Shown: one piece after another, positions 27,838 through 42,839 of the stretch
How the letters are laid out: each line of letters opens with the position of its first letter
Numbering within the stretch: the first letter of the stretch is position 1
Assembly (NCBI GenBank): GCA_951406725.2
Contig: OX597834.1
Coordinates: 25,110,001-25,174,000, forward strand
DNA: 64,000 bases
From: Octopus vulgaris
Lineage: Eukaryota
Direction: 5' to 3'
Notes under the pieces: generated by a model
What the model saw: only the letters and a program-made list of their open reading frames with translations
What the model was told of the DNA's origin: nothing
Databases searched by the model: none
Made by a program: the position numbers and the translations under genes

Positions 27838-28206
27838 TTATTTCTTTACTACCAACACAAGGGGCTAAACATAGAGAGGACAAACAAGGACAGACAAATG
27901 GATTAAGTCGATTATATCGACCCCAGTGCGTAACTGGTACTTGATTTATCGACTCCGAAAAGAATGAAAGGCAAAGTCGACCTCGGCGGAATTTGAACTC
28001 AGAACGTAACGACAGACGAAATACCTATTTCTTTATTACCCACAAGGGGCTAAACATAGAGGGGACAAACAAGGACAGACAAATGGATTAAGTCGATTAT
28101 ATCGACCTCAGTGCGTAACTGGTACTTAATTGATCGACTCCGAAAAGAATGAAAGGCAAAGTCGACCTCGACGGAATTTGAACTCAGAACGTAACGGCAG
28201 ACGAAA
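27838..28206 (-). mobile_element. SINE family A dimer, 5'-truncated, with 13-bp TSD
   Basis: Two tandem units enclosed by ATTAAGGACATAC at 27825-27837 and 28207-28219. Confidence 0.9.
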
Positions 28207-28439
28207 ATTAAGGACATACCGATAGAGTATAACGGAGAGATTAATCAGTCAAAACAAAGCCGCCCGATTGACATAGAATCAGCCTGTATTTCTGCCGCTG
28301 CTATAATGGTTTCCTCTCTCGTCGGAGATGGCAGGGATAGGCTGGGCTGGGATGGTGCCATCACCCGTCAGTCATCATTATCCTACTCGTCTCTTCTCCT
28401 CCTCCTCCTATCACTCTTGTTCTACACTATGCCTTCCGA

Positions 28440-28676
28440 CTCAAAAGGGCCAACCTTCTGGAATTCCCTTCCTGCTCGTATCTTTCCCGCTGGTGTTGAC
28501 GTACAAAGGTTTGAGGGGAACATAAAGGCCATCCACCCTAACAGTCGGGCGGCGGAGCTTCAAAGGCCATGGACACTACTCCTTCATCCAGAAATGCACA
28601 AAAAGTTCCGGGGGCGGAGGAGTTTGACAGGGGTCTGTATCTTATCGCCGCCGTTGACCCGTGACCATAATCAGTG
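28440..28676 (+). mobile_element. LINE ORF2 3' end remnant (Jockey/I/CR1-group-like)
   Basis: FWNSLPARIFPAGVDVQRFEGNI is a WNxLP C-terminal motif; followed by a (GAA)n tract. Confidence 0.5.
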
Positions 28677-29134
28677 AAGAAGAAGAAGGAGGAGGAGGAG
28701 GGGAGGGGGAGGGGGAGGAGGAGGAGGATAGAGGAAGAAGAAGAAGAAGAAGAAGAAGAAGAAGAAGAAGATGAAGAAGAAGAAGGAGGAGGAGGAGGAG
28801 GAGGAGGAGGAGAAGAAGGAGAGGAAGAAGGGGAGGGGAGGAAGGCGAAAGAAGGAGGAGGAGGAGGAGGAGGAGGAGGAGGAGGAAGAAGAAGAAGAAG
28901 AAGAAGAAGAAGAAGGAGAGGAAGAAGGGGAGGGGAGGAAGGCGAAAGAAGAAGAAGAAGAAGAAGAAGAAGAAGAAGAAGAAGGAGAAGAAGGAGAAGA
29001 AGAAGAAGGAGAAGAAGAAGAAGAAGAAGAAGAAGAAGAAGAAGGAGGAGGAGGAGGAGAAGAAGAAGAAGAAGAAGAAGAAGAAGAAGAAGAAGAAGAA
29101 GAAGAAGAAGAAGAAGAAGAAGAAGAAGAAGAAG
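28676..29134. repeat. (GAA/GGA)n polypurine tract
   Basis: Directly visible. Confidence 0.97.
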
Positions 29135-29411
29135 ATTCTCTTTTGTGTTGTTCATTTGTTGTAGTTGTTGCATGTTGTTTTATCACAAATTATTATAAAT
29201 TCGAATTGTTAAATATCAATAAATATGAAATTCTAATTCCTGCAAGAAGAATACTTAAGACAATAAATCCGAAGGAAATTCCAACGTTTTAACATTTCAA
29301 AACGTTCACTTACCTTGGCCGGAGGCGATATGTATGTGTATGTGTGTATACGTGTAAATGCCTGTGTATATATATGTCTGAAGTCTGTGTTTATGTGTGT
29401 GTTTGTTTGTT

Positions 29412-29442
<31 letters not shown>

Positions 29443-30029
29443 TTGTGCATGTGTGTGTTGTGTGTATGTGTGTGTGTGTGTGTCTATGTTGTGTATACAG
29501 CCATACACCTTAAAGTATTCATCAACGCTAAAAAGTAGACGTCTTTTGGGGATGAAAGACTGTCCAGTTTGAAAGTCATTGCACAGGCGTTTATTTCACT
29601 CGTTCACGTTGTGCGCGCGTGCGCGAGCGTGTGTGTGTATGTGTGTGTGTGCGCGTATGTCAACGCGCGCGAGTTAGAACTATAACAAATCGCGTAAATT
29701 GGTTCAAGGGAATTAACTATATATAGTTAATAGTTAATTCAAAACATTGAGTTATTTCCCTTGGCTCGAAAGCCTAATTGTATTACATATCTAAGAGCAA
29801 TATTGTAAATAAGTCAATAACATGCAAAAATAGAAATTACAAATACTTCTGTGCCACGGAACAGTTACAGTTAAATGAAGAGAGGAATGGTTTACTCTTT
29901 TACTTGTTTCAGTCATTTGACTGCGGCCATGCTGGAGCACCATCTTTTGTTGGGAAAAATTCCAGTGAACAAAATTCCTCGCTCAGCGAAAGTAATACTG
30001 CTTACATATATGTGTACATATACACTCTT

Positions 30030-30271
30030 TAATTCTTTTGTGTCAGTGATTTGACTGCGGCCATGCTGGAGCACCGCCTTTAGTCGAACAAATCGACACC
30101 AGGACTTATTCTTTGTTAGCCGAGTACTTATTCTTTCAGTCTCGTTTGCCGAAACGCTAAGTTACAGGGACGTAAACACACCAACGTCGCTTGTCGAGTG
30201 ATGAGGGGTGAGGCGGGGACAAACACATACATACATACATACATACATACATACATACATACATACATACA

Positions 30272-30304
<33 letters not shown>

Positions 30305-30447
30305 TTTCGACGGGTTTCCGTCTACCAAATCCACTGAGACAAGGCTTTGATCAGCCCGAGGCTATAGTATAAGGTGCCACGAAGTAGGACTGTACCCGGA
30401 ACCATGTGGTTGCGAAGCAAGCTTCTTACCACACAGCCACTCCTGTA
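30030..30447 (-). mobile_element. SINE family B with internal (CATA)n
   Basis: Reverse complement of family B; partial tail duplicate at 29900-29945. Confidence 0.82.
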
Positions 30448-30448
30448 C

Positions 30449-30480
<32 letters not shown>

Positions 30481-30629
30481 ATGTAATAAATAAAATATAT
30501 GCATACATACATACATATATGTACGTATATATGTATGTATGTATGTTTTATTAATTTGCCTGTACAGCTCGTATTCGCTTGCCACTAGTGATAGTATTTC
30601 AATAGTACTATCGGTCTCATATTTACTTA

Positions 30630-30815
30630 TGTTTGGTTGGCAAACTAAGTTCCCACCCTTTTTTTATAATTCAAATTTTTAAAAAGGTTTAATAAAAAAT
30701 AACAACTTATTAATCAATAATGTATTCACCCTTGTTGTTTACAACTTCTTCCCAATGTTCAACAAGATTTTCAATACATCGTTGATAGAAATCACCCGAT
30801 TTCGACTAAAAAATT
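30630..30815 (-). mobile_element. mariner 3' end fragment
   Basis: Minus translation SKSGDFYQRCIENLVEHWEEVVNNKGEYIID* (mariner C-terminus). TIR-like TTTGGTTGGCAAACTAAGT at ~30633. Confidence 0.75.
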
Positions 30816-31311
30816 TGAAGAATGAATGTACAGTGCGTGTGTGTTTATTTGGCAAGAAAAAATATGACCATACCGAAATATAACAATATACACTTATACT
30901 TTTCTGAGTTTTTATTCGGTTGTTTAAACATGTTACCGTGGTCTTTTTCGTAGGCTTTTCTTCCCACGGATAAACCTTACTTGCTTTCCCCTTTACACCA
31001 TATATCATAACACTGTGATACACGATCCCTATTGATCGTTCTTTTTTTTCCTCTTCCCCTTTTTTTTCCCCTTTTTTCTTTTTTCATTTCTCTTTTCTTT
31101 TGTTCCTTTTCCTTTTCTTTTTTTTTCCTTTTTATTCCTTTTATTTTTTTTTTATTTTTTTTTTTTTTGTTCTTTTCTTCCCTTTTACGATCCCTCTTGA
31201 TCGAAAACCTACGCCACCCCCTTTTTTTTTCATCCCCCAAAAGAAAAGCTCTACCTTGTAACTTGTCCCATCTGTGTGCAGCCCTGTGTGGCCAATAAAG
31301 AAACTTATCTA

Positions 31312-32560
31312 TAGAGTGTTCAGGTGAAATCTGACGATATTTTCTGTCTCTTCTCTCTCTTTTTTTTTTTCTTCAGGAACATCTTGATGACGAACAGCTG
31401 AAGGTGCTGGAGAGCATAAAGATTAAATTTGTAGTTGAGAACAAGTTAGCTGACACAGAGGACTGGAAACCATCTGAATATTGGAAAAGAGTTACCTGTA
31501 TCATGAGGATTCGCAATGGGTATCAAAATGCCGACATCATGATTGCTGCTCGGTACTTTTTGAATGTTGTAAAGGCTGTAAGATGGGACATGGACAACTG
31601 CAACGGAGACTACAAAGCCGGGGCCTGCAGGAAGGGACACGACAGGCATTCAAAGTTCATGTAGGCGCCGGAATTTATCTGTGCATCTTTGAACAGGTTT
31701 TTAGACTCAGTTCAGATAGTCATGTGAAGCCGCTGGAAACTGTGATCAAATCCTGACTGGAAATAGTTGCTACTGGAGGGCCATATGTGTAGCAGCAGGA
31801 TTCGACTCCTTAGGCGGCGAGCTGGCAGAATCGTTAGCACGCCGGGCGAAATGCTTACCGGTATTTCACCTGCCGCTACGTTCTGAGTTCAAATTCCGCC
31901 GAGGTCGACTTTGCCTTTCATCCTTTCGGGGTCGATTAAATAAGTACCAGTTACGCACTGGGGTCGATATAATCGACTTAATCCGTTTGTTTGTCCTTGT
32001 TTGTCCTCTCTGTGTTTAGCCCCTTGTGAGTAGTAAAAAAATAGGTATTTCGTCTGCCGCTACGTTCTGAGTTCAAATTCCGCCGAGTTCGACTTTGCCT
32101 TTCATCCTTTCGGGGTCGATTAAATAAGTACCAGTTACGCACTGGGGTCGATATAATCGACTTAATCCGTTTGTCTGTCCTTGTTTGTCCTCTCTGTGTT
32201 TAACCCCTTGTGGGTAGTAAAGAAACAGGATTCGACTCCGTACCATTCCTCTAGAAAGAGTTAGAAGTAATTGCTGGTAGAAATTCTACAACTTCGCCAG
32301 TCCCAATTTATGGCCTTCTAGCCCCCACCCCTCATTGTAACCCAAATGTTACTAAGTGTGGGATGCAGTTGAAAAAGACATCAACTGCTCTGCTCTGCCT
32401 GCAACACAAAGGCCGAGATAATAGTGAAGGTCAAAGTTTTCGAAGATCTTCCCAGGATCCCAGTGAGAAGCGCATGCGCCATGTTCCGGAGAAGTCTTGA
32501 GGCTGTGGAAGCTGAGGGTAGCTACTTTGAGTAAGCTGTTTTATCCCAGGCATAATCTAG
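31312..32560 (+). mobile_element. Decayed, internally deleted Tc1/mariner-superfamily (maT/DD37D-like) transposon interrupted by a SINE
   Basis: N-terminal WKRVTCIMRIRNGYQNADI...RKGHDRHS; PYV*QQD|STPYH around the SINE; NLWPSSP...CNP..Y*VWDAVEKDIN; ...ACAMFRRSLEAVEAEGSYFE*. Confidence 0.72.
31813..32225 (+). mobile_element. SINE family A dimer with 14-bp TSD
   Basis: Full head plus second unit. TSD CAGGATTCGACTCC at 31796-31809 and 32226-32239. Confidence 0.93.
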
Positions 32561-32644
32561 TTGATATTTTTGATTTTTTAAAATACTATTATTTTTTGAT
32601 GGGATATTGTGTTTTCTATAACTTTTATGCAAACTCTCTCATTT

Positions 32645-32691
<47 letters not shown>

Positions 32692-32900
32692 GCACGCACA
32701 CACATACATGTATGCATGCATGCATACATACATACATACATACATACATACATACATACATACATACATACATACATACATACATACATACATACATGCA
32801 TGCATACATACATTCATACATACATACATACATGCATGCATGCATGCATACATACATACATACATACATACATACATACATACATACATACATACATACA

Positions 32901-32932
<32 letters not shown>

Positions 32933-33652
32933 ATGGCGGACGTATGTAATTGCTGCTCAGATGAGGGCAACATACCAAATATTGGAAAAGTTGAGTTACA
33001 AAGTGTAAAGAGATTACATATGAATATATCTACATAAATGGTTCAAACATTACATATATTGCAGCATGTCTATATAAAAGATCCATACATCTTAATATAA
33101 AGAAATTAGCCAAGTAACGTTTCAAATCAATTCACGGGAAAAGAAAGAAAATGCACCACGCAATATGTATGTTTAAATGCAATTGTAGAATTAATAAAAA
33201 CTTGAAAGGAAAGATTACTCAAGCGGCGAACAACTTCAAATTTGATCCTGACGAAACTTTGCCGAAACTTTTAAAGAAGATACAAGTCTATTTAAAAAAA
33301 AAAACAATTGCAAATAACTGCGAATAGATGAAACCATCATGGCTTAACGAATTTTCAATATATGATTTTTGTGATAAAAAAAAGAAAAACAAAAACAAAA
33401 CATCATGTGAACTTCCCGAACTAATATGAAAGATAAATGTAATTCAATTTAGTTTCCCTTTTATTTCTCTTTTTTATTTCAACATGGCTTAATTGACTTG
33501 TTAACCAATTGAAACCGGTAACGTATTTGATAAAAATTTAAATACACCATGATAAATTTCAAAAAGCACTTTCTTCTTTTTGTTATTAACATAATTTTTT
33601 TCGTGTGAAACGTCTTAACCTTTTCAATATATATATATGTATGTACGTACGT

Positions 33653-33722
<70 letters not shown>

Positions 33723-34120
33723 GTTGTTATGTCCTGTTATCATTTTTATTGTATTTGTGTAACATTGTCCGTTTTCTTCTGTCCTTGCTTTTGTATACAT
33801 TCGCTGCTTTTTTTCCAAGGAGTCTAATGCTTTTAGCTTAGTTTTTCCTTAGGGCTGTCCAGATTGGAGCAATCTCAAGTATAATTAGCCGAAATTGCGG
33901 AGATAATCTGGTACTTGACTGAGGAAAGACAACTTCGAATAACCTTGTTTTCTTTGTACCGTCTATCTGGATGTTTTGTTGTCCCATTTTTGTAACACCT
34001 AACTGTCCGGATGTATTGCGTTCTTGTCCCATTTTGTATTTTATATATATATATATATATATATATTAATAATAATAGGGTTATATATATATATATATAT
34101 ATATATATACTTTAAGGTCA

Positions 34121-34244
34121 AAAGATTTGCTTTACCACATACCGAAGTTTAGAAATAGCAGCCAAAATACGTTAGCTATTTCCTCTACTAGTAGAGGAAA
34201 TAGCTAACGTTTTTTGGCTTCGGTATGTGGTAAACCAAATCTTT
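34121..34244. repeat. Spacer-less palindrome / fold-back
   Basis: Perfect 42-bp palindrome ACGTTAGCTATTTCCTCTACT|AGTAGAGGAAATAGCTAACGT centred at 34189/34190. Extends with a ~13-nt bulge to AAAGATTTG...CAAATCTTT. Confidence 0.92.
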
Positions 34245-35163
34245 GCTGAACCCTATTTATTAAGTATTACTTAAGTTTACCATGAAATGGTCCTTTTTTC
34301 ATGCTGAATTCTACTTGGTGAAATTATTGATTACCTCTTAATTAATTAATTTTACCCTTTGTTATTATTGATATATATATACTCTTTATCTTTTATTAAA
34401 CTTTTAATACTTTTGATATATATTTAAAATAATATAAATTAAATTAATTTTATGTATTGGCTTATGTTTTTCATTGTTTGATTTGCCTAATAGTGGTTTT
34501 ATCTCTAATTTAATATAATATAATATAATATATTTATACTATAAAATTGGATTTAATCCTAAATCTGATTTTTCCCTGTAAGTTTGGATTTATTCCCTAA
34601 TATTTTATTATATATATATATATTTCTGAATGAAGCATTTGTAGATATACCATAGACTCCATTCATCTGTTTTATTATTATATTACACCAATGCATAAAG
34701 TGGCATAATATAATATTTAACTTTGGATGATCTTAGATTTACGTAATACCATCTACCAACGAACATCTTGGAACGATTTTTGTCTACTACTGCTATTTCT
34801 AGCAGGTCGTGTGATCGTACGCAGAGTCCTTCTTTTCTTCGTCCTTGTGTTTTACCGTTACTGATATTATTGTCGCTATTGTTCTTCTTGCTATTGTAGT
34901 TTTTGTGGCTGCCGTTGTTGATGTTGTCATTTTTAAAAGCAATTATTTCAAAATAACATTTAGACAGACAATTCCACCATCTTTGGATTTATTTCTCTTC
35001 TACCCTTTTTTCTCTTCTACCATTTTTTTCTTTATTTTCCTGTCTTCTTTTGCTTCTGTTGTTATTTATTATTATTCTTTCACTAACATTAACAATAACC
35101 CTTTCGCAACAACCAAATTTACTGTCAAAACTGTCAAAATATTTCTCTTCCAAACTGTTTCAT

Positions 35164-35645
35164 TTTTCTTCTTCTTCTTCTTCTTCTTCTTCTTCTTCTT
35201 CTTCTTCTTCTTCTTCTTCTTCTTCTTCTTCTTCTTCTTCTTCTTCTTCTTCGTCGTCGTCTTCTTCTTCTTCTTCTTCTTCTTCTTCTTCTTCTTCTTC
35301 TTCTTCTTCTTCTTCTTCTTCTTCTTCTTCTTCTTCTTCTACGTCGTCGTTGTTGTCGTCTTCTTCTTCTTCGTCGTCGTCGTCTTCTTCTTCTTCTTCT
35401 TCTTCTTCTTCTTCTTCTTCGTCGTCGTCGTCGTCGTCGTCTTCTTCTTCTTCTTCTTCTTCTTCTTCTTCTTCTTCTTCTTCTTCTTCTTCTTCTTCTT
35501 CTTCTTCTTCGTCGTCGTCGTCGTCGTCTTCTTCTTCTTCTTCTTTTTCTTCTTCTTCTTCTTCTTCTTCTTCTTCTTCTTCTTCTTCTTCTTCTTCTTC
35601 TTCTTCTTCTTCTTCTTCTTCTTCTTCGTCGTCGTCGTCGTCTTC

Positions 35646-35677
<32 letters not shown>

Positions 35678-35700
35678 CTTCTTCTTCTTCTTCTTCTTCG

Positions 35701-35732
<32 letters not shown>

Positions 35733-35805
35733 TTCTTCTTCTTCGTCGTCGTCTTCTTCTTCTTCTTCTTCTTCTTCTTCTTCTTCTTCTTCTTCTTCTT
35801 CTTCT
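35164..35805. repeat. (TTC)n/(GTC)n trinucleotide tract
   Basis: Directly visible. Confidence 0.98.
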
Positions 35806-36032
35806 CCACTTCCTGTTACTGTTGCACTTCCACCACAGTCAGTTTTGTGATTTGCCCTTCAATGTCATTCTAACAACAACAACAATACAAATAATAAATA
35901 TGTCGATGATGATGATGGTGATATCTTTTGATAATAGCAATAATAATAACAAGGTCTACAACAGTAACAATTTACAACAACAACAACTACTGCTACTACT
36001 ACTACTACTTCTACTACTACTACTACTACTAC

Positions 36033-36100
<68 letters not shown>

Positions 36101-36326
36101 TTTTGTCTTTCCTTTGAAAGATGGATCTTGTTTTTTGTGTTGTCTTTTTGTTAGTTTTTCCTTTATTGGAAAACTTTCAACAGTTGACTGTTGACATTTT
36201 AGAGAATGACATCTGGAGATGAAGTCGTTATATCATATCACGTGATATCATATGATATGATATCATATGATATGATATCAGGAAATACTTCCCTGATCAT
36301 TACTGTTCTGTCACTGTGCGATACGA

Positions 36327-36758
36327 GTGCAACCACGTTTCAAATTTGTGGTGAAGATTAAAATTTCAGATGTGCGACCAGAATTAGAAATTTGGTGGTT
36401 GGTTGCTTGTGTAGTGGTCGAAGGCCCGGATTCGCTTCTAGATATTAAAAAGTATCGTATGGTGAACTGGACCGAGACTGGGTCGGAGATTTTGATCCAG
36501 GCAAAACCTGAATCTCTGGACAAGATCCCCAACCTCATTGAACTGCCAAATGGAGCACAACTCCAGGTGGTAGTTGAAGTTGAAGGCAGGAAACTGAGAT
36601 ATTACACTTGTGGGTCTAACACACTCTGCCCGCAACAACAACAAAATGGGACAAAAGGAATGGCCGTCCTGCCACAACCACCACCATCACCACCACAAGA
36701 CAACCAAAATCAACAACAACAATCACTGCAGCAACAGCCTCGGAAGCAGCAACTTTAA
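36327..36758 (+). pseudogene. LINE ORF1 (gag-like) fragment with decayed zinc knuckle
   Basis: ...LQVVVEVEGRKLRYYTCGSNTLCP followed by a Q/P-rich linker resembles the 'EGRxxxCxxCG...H...CP' region of L1/Tx1-type ORF1. Confidence 0.5.
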
Positions 36759-36999
36759 CAACACGAACCTATCACAACACCAACACCAACAACTGTAGCG
36801 GTAGAAACAAACAGCGCTCGATCATCCCTACAGACTGGCGACACAGATATGTGATTTACTCCCGACACTGACGATTCGGAAATCTTATTGTGAGATGAGG
36901 AGGAATTGAATCCACCAAACAAGACTTATGTCGGGGAAAAACGAAAAAAAAAAACATAGTTAAAAAAAATCGGAGGCCGTCCTAAGATAAAAAACGAAA

Positions 37000-37900
37000 A
37001 GACAGGACGAGGAAAATTCGCCTGTTTAGTTCTTTTCCCCAAATGTTTCTTTCTCGCTCCTGCTGCCTTCTTTTCATGTATTCCATTCCCGTCTTCGCGG
37101 CTTCTTTCTCCTCTCCTTTGACAGCTGAGTTGCTTCTTACATACTCTTCTATATGACAATTTGCCATCTCTACACAGTCTTCTAGTGATATCAGTCTTCT
37201 CCCGCTACTCCCATGGTAGGTATAATCTATCGACACTCTCTGGGACGTAACAAACTGTACATTGTACCTGGACGTTATCCTTCTGGTCTAACAATCTGTG
37301 TCTCTTAGTTCTTCCTTAGTCTAGTTCAGGAAAGCTGCAAAATATCGCATAAAAGAAACCGCCCCTGGGTTTACTGTAGAGAAGCTTTTCCCTCCATTTA
37401 GTTTCGAGCCTAGCACCTTTTTTACTCTCCTTATTCGTTTCTTAACTTTGATTTCTTGGCAGAGAATTCTATCTGCCTCCAATACATTTTGGTACACGCA
37501 ACGGTTACCCTCATTCATTGCTCGGATAGATGTCTTATTTGGGAATTTAATCCCTTCTGACTTGGACATTTCCCGTCTTTATCACACACATCGCACACGT
37601 ATCTGTTCTAAACTCTTTTCCAATGTCATCACTCACACCTTCAATAGTCTACAAATGAATTTAAAGTTTCCTCACTTTTGGCAAATAATTTCAAGTCGTC
37701 CATTAAGCAGGAGATGGTTTATTCCTTCACATCTCCTAAATAGTTTAACCTCTCTCAAGGTCAATGTAAGAGTGATAAGAACAACTACGTATAGCAGTGG
37801 AGAGAGTGATCAGCTTCGAATATTCCCTTACTTATGTTCACTTCACCAAACTTATTTCGATCTGATGTTAATAAAGTCTGCTTTGTTGTTGACTTATCAG
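37000..37900 (-). mobile_element. Old R4/Dong-type retrotransposon RT/thumb fragment
   Basis: EGIKFPNKTSIRAMNEG...VLEADRI...RRVKKVLGSKLNGG...AVSFMRY and GRRLISLEDCVE. Many stops and frameshifts; boundaries approximate. Confidence 0.7.
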
Positions 37901-38136
37901 CTATCCCAGATATCTTGAGGCATTCAAGGATCTATGAGTGTACACACAATAATATGCATTTTGGTAATCGATCCATGCCGTTGCTTATTATTTGGGTTCA
38001 AATTCGGCCGAGATCGACTTTGCCTTTCATTCTTTCGAGGTCGATAAAATATCTACTATCTGAGTAATGGAGTCGATGTTATCGACTCATCCCACCAACC
38101 ACCAACTCCAGACTTTGCGTTTATAGTAGAAATTGC

Positions 38137-38271
<135 letters not shown>

Positions 38272-38605
38272 AACTTTCATTATCATCTTTCAATTCTGTT
38301 TCCTTTTCTTGCGGAGTGCCTTCCTGACACCCAGGGCAGAGACACGCACTGTATACATTTGTAGGCTGTAAAAATAGTCACACCAGATTGTTCATTTGCA
38401 AAGTCATGTGATAGAAAAAAGGGGGAGAAAGACAGAGACAAAAAGAAAATTATATAAAATACAAAAGTAAACAAAGAAAATAAAGGGCAAAAATGGAAAA
38501 ATTCACAGCAACAATGCTCTTCTCAGTAGTGTGACGTAACAGTTAATAGAATCTTTTGCACTTCCTGTATCAATGGGTAATCTAGGGATCATTCTCAAAT
38601 TACTA

Positions 38606-38643
<38 letters not shown>

Positions 38644-38650
38644 ATTATTA

Positions 38651-38697
<47 letters not shown>

Positions 38698-38707
38698 GTT
38701 ATTGTTA

Positions 38708-38751
<44 letters not shown>

Positions 38752-38758
38752 GTTGTTG

Positions 38759-38800
<42 letters not shown>

Positions 38801-38833
38801 GAATTATTATCATCATCATCATCATCATTGTTA

Positions 38834-40252
<1,419 letters not shown>

Positions 40253-40272
40253 CATCATCATCATCATTGTTA

Positions 40273-40304
<32 letters not shown>

Positions 40305-40306
40305 TC

Positions 40307-40375
<69 letters not shown>

Positions 40376-40399
40376 CATTATTATTATTGTTATTATTCA

Positions 40400-40530
40400 G
40401 TAGTCTTATTGTTATCACGTGCTTTCACTTCACTACCGAGCGCAGCTCTGTGTGCCTTGTGGTTTGCTGTGGTGCTCTTATTTTCATTGTATTGAATGTG
40501 TTTTAGGTAGGATGAGTGCAGTGCCTGGTA
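40400..40530 (-). mobile_element. 3' tip of a second R4/Dong-type element
   Basis: Minus translation PGTALILPKTHSIQ* parallels GTAHILRKILSM*; short 3' UTR then (AAT)n. Confidence 0.55.
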
Positions 40531-40682
40531 TTTCGTCCGTCTTTACGTTTTGAGTTCAAATTCCGCCGAGGTCGATTTTACCTTTCATCCTTTCGGAGTC
40601 GATAAAATAAGTACCACTTACCCTCGATTTACCCTCTCCCCCAAAATTCAAAAATTCCTGCCCTTATGGCAAAATTTGAAAC

Positions 40683-40761
<79 letters not shown>

Positions 40762-41313
40762 GTTATTATTAAGGCAGCGAGCTGGCTAAATCGTAAGTAC
40801 ACCGGGCAAAATACTTAGCGGCAATTTTTCGGTCTTTATGTTCTAAGTTCGAATTCCGTCGAGTCAACTTTGCCTTTGATACTTTCGGGGTCGATAAAAT
40901 AAATACCAGTTGAGCCCTGGGATTGATGTAAACGACTGAACCCCACCACCACCACCACTCCCAGAAATTGCTGGCATTGTGCCAAAATTTGAAATCATTA
41001 TTATTGATACCGTTGTTGTTCCTGTTGTTGCTTTGTTGCTTTCTTGTTGATGTTGATGTTAATTTATACGTTTTTTTTTTGTATTTAATCTTTCAAGACT
41101 TTTGATGTGAAACCGTGCGTAAAAAAGAGATATTATGAGATTGGGGAGGAAGAGAGGTTTTCTACCAAGAACAATGCCAGAAAAGGCTCCAGTTTTTTTT
41201 TACTACTTTTTATTCATTTCTTTTTGTTTATTCATTTACGTTAACATCTTTCTCATACATCTGTGACATTTTCTGTGATTTCTCAAGGAGTGCAGTTTTT
41301 TCTGTTTGTCTGG

Positions 41314-41685
41314 TACATACATACATACGTACATACATACATACATACATACATACATACATACATACATACATACATACATACATACATACATACATAC
41401 ATACATACATACATACATACATACATACATACATACATACATACACACACACACATACATATACATACATACATACATACATACATACATACATACATAC
41501 ATACATACATACATACACACACACACATACATACATACATACATATATACATGCATACATACATACATATATACTTGCATACATACATACATACATACAC
41601 ACATACATACATACATACACACATACATACATACATACATACATACACATACATACATACATACATACATACATACATACATACA

Positions 41686-41719
<34 letters not shown>

Positions 41720-41780
41720 CATACATACATACATACATGCATACATGCATATATACATACATACATATACATACATACGT
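41314..41780. repeat. (TACA)n tetranucleotide tract
   Basis: Directly visible. Similar tracts at 19063-19318, 32700-32930, 55921-55995 and 58066-58480. Confidence 0.97.
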
Positions 41781-41901
41781 ATAATGTTGTATAACTGTTG
41801 GCTGTTATATGTGTACATACACACACGCATATACACTTCTACAGCTGTTTCATATATATATATGAAATAGTTGTACGTGTGTGCGAATATATATACATAC
41901 A

Positions 41902-41962
<61 letters not shown>

Positions 41963-42839
41963 GTATGTATGCACACACACGCATATATACACATGTACCC
42001 ACACACACATGTACACACATTCAAACACGCGCGTGCGCACACACACACAGAGAAACGCACGCAAAAATATTGTTGAGTCTAAGTATATCTATTCATGTGT
42101 TTTAATGTGTTTTTTTTCGTGTTTGTTTTTATAGTGTTTGGTGTTTGATGTGTTGGTGATGTTTTACTGTCGTGGTTTGTGAACAGATAACCGTTAGAGA
42201 CTGTCTTCCTGCTATCTTTCTATCTGTGTATGAAGGGGCGTGTGTGTAGAGGGGGGCGTGTTTTATATATATATATATATATATATTTTTTTGTATGTAT
42301 AATGTTATACATCATACTGTGTTTAGTGGTTCTTTGTATTATTTCTAAGGTACGAGAATAGAGAAATTGTTTGCGTATTTTGACAAGAATTTTGGTAAGG
42401 AGCCGGGTGTTACGATAGATGGTGTTGTAGTTTGGCGTGAAACCGTGTGCAGAGAAAGATAGCGTTGTATTTTTCAGAGGGTTATCTTGCCAATAGAAGC
42501 ACGAACTAGTTGTTGTTCCCTTCAGTTTTGTTGTTATCTTATTAATTATTCAATGACTTTATTGATTAATTGACAATTTTTTGTCACACTATTGTGGCGT
42601 TTTCTTCAATATTTCTTTTCTTTTTTCGTTACTTTCAGAGATTCCCATGTAATTCAATTCTATTATCATGAATTTGAACTGGGAGCTTGAACCACACTGG
42701 ATCTTTCATTAACTGATTATGCCACCATGGACGCCGCTCCTATGGCTGTGGCTCAGTTACTCTCTTGATAGAGCTTGTTGATCCTGATCGTTGATCTTTT
42801 TTACATTCCTCCGCTCAGCATCAATGTAAGAACCATATG

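Noticed and set aside
27252-27906. Extensin-like poly-Pro or mucin-like poly-Thr ORFs
   Set aside because: Pure (ACC)n tract open in multiple frames, flanked by SINEs, with no convincing exon context.
33240-33275. CTGACGA...GAAAC hammerhead candidate
   Set aside because: The intervening AACTTTGCC does not form stem II and there is no stem I partner.
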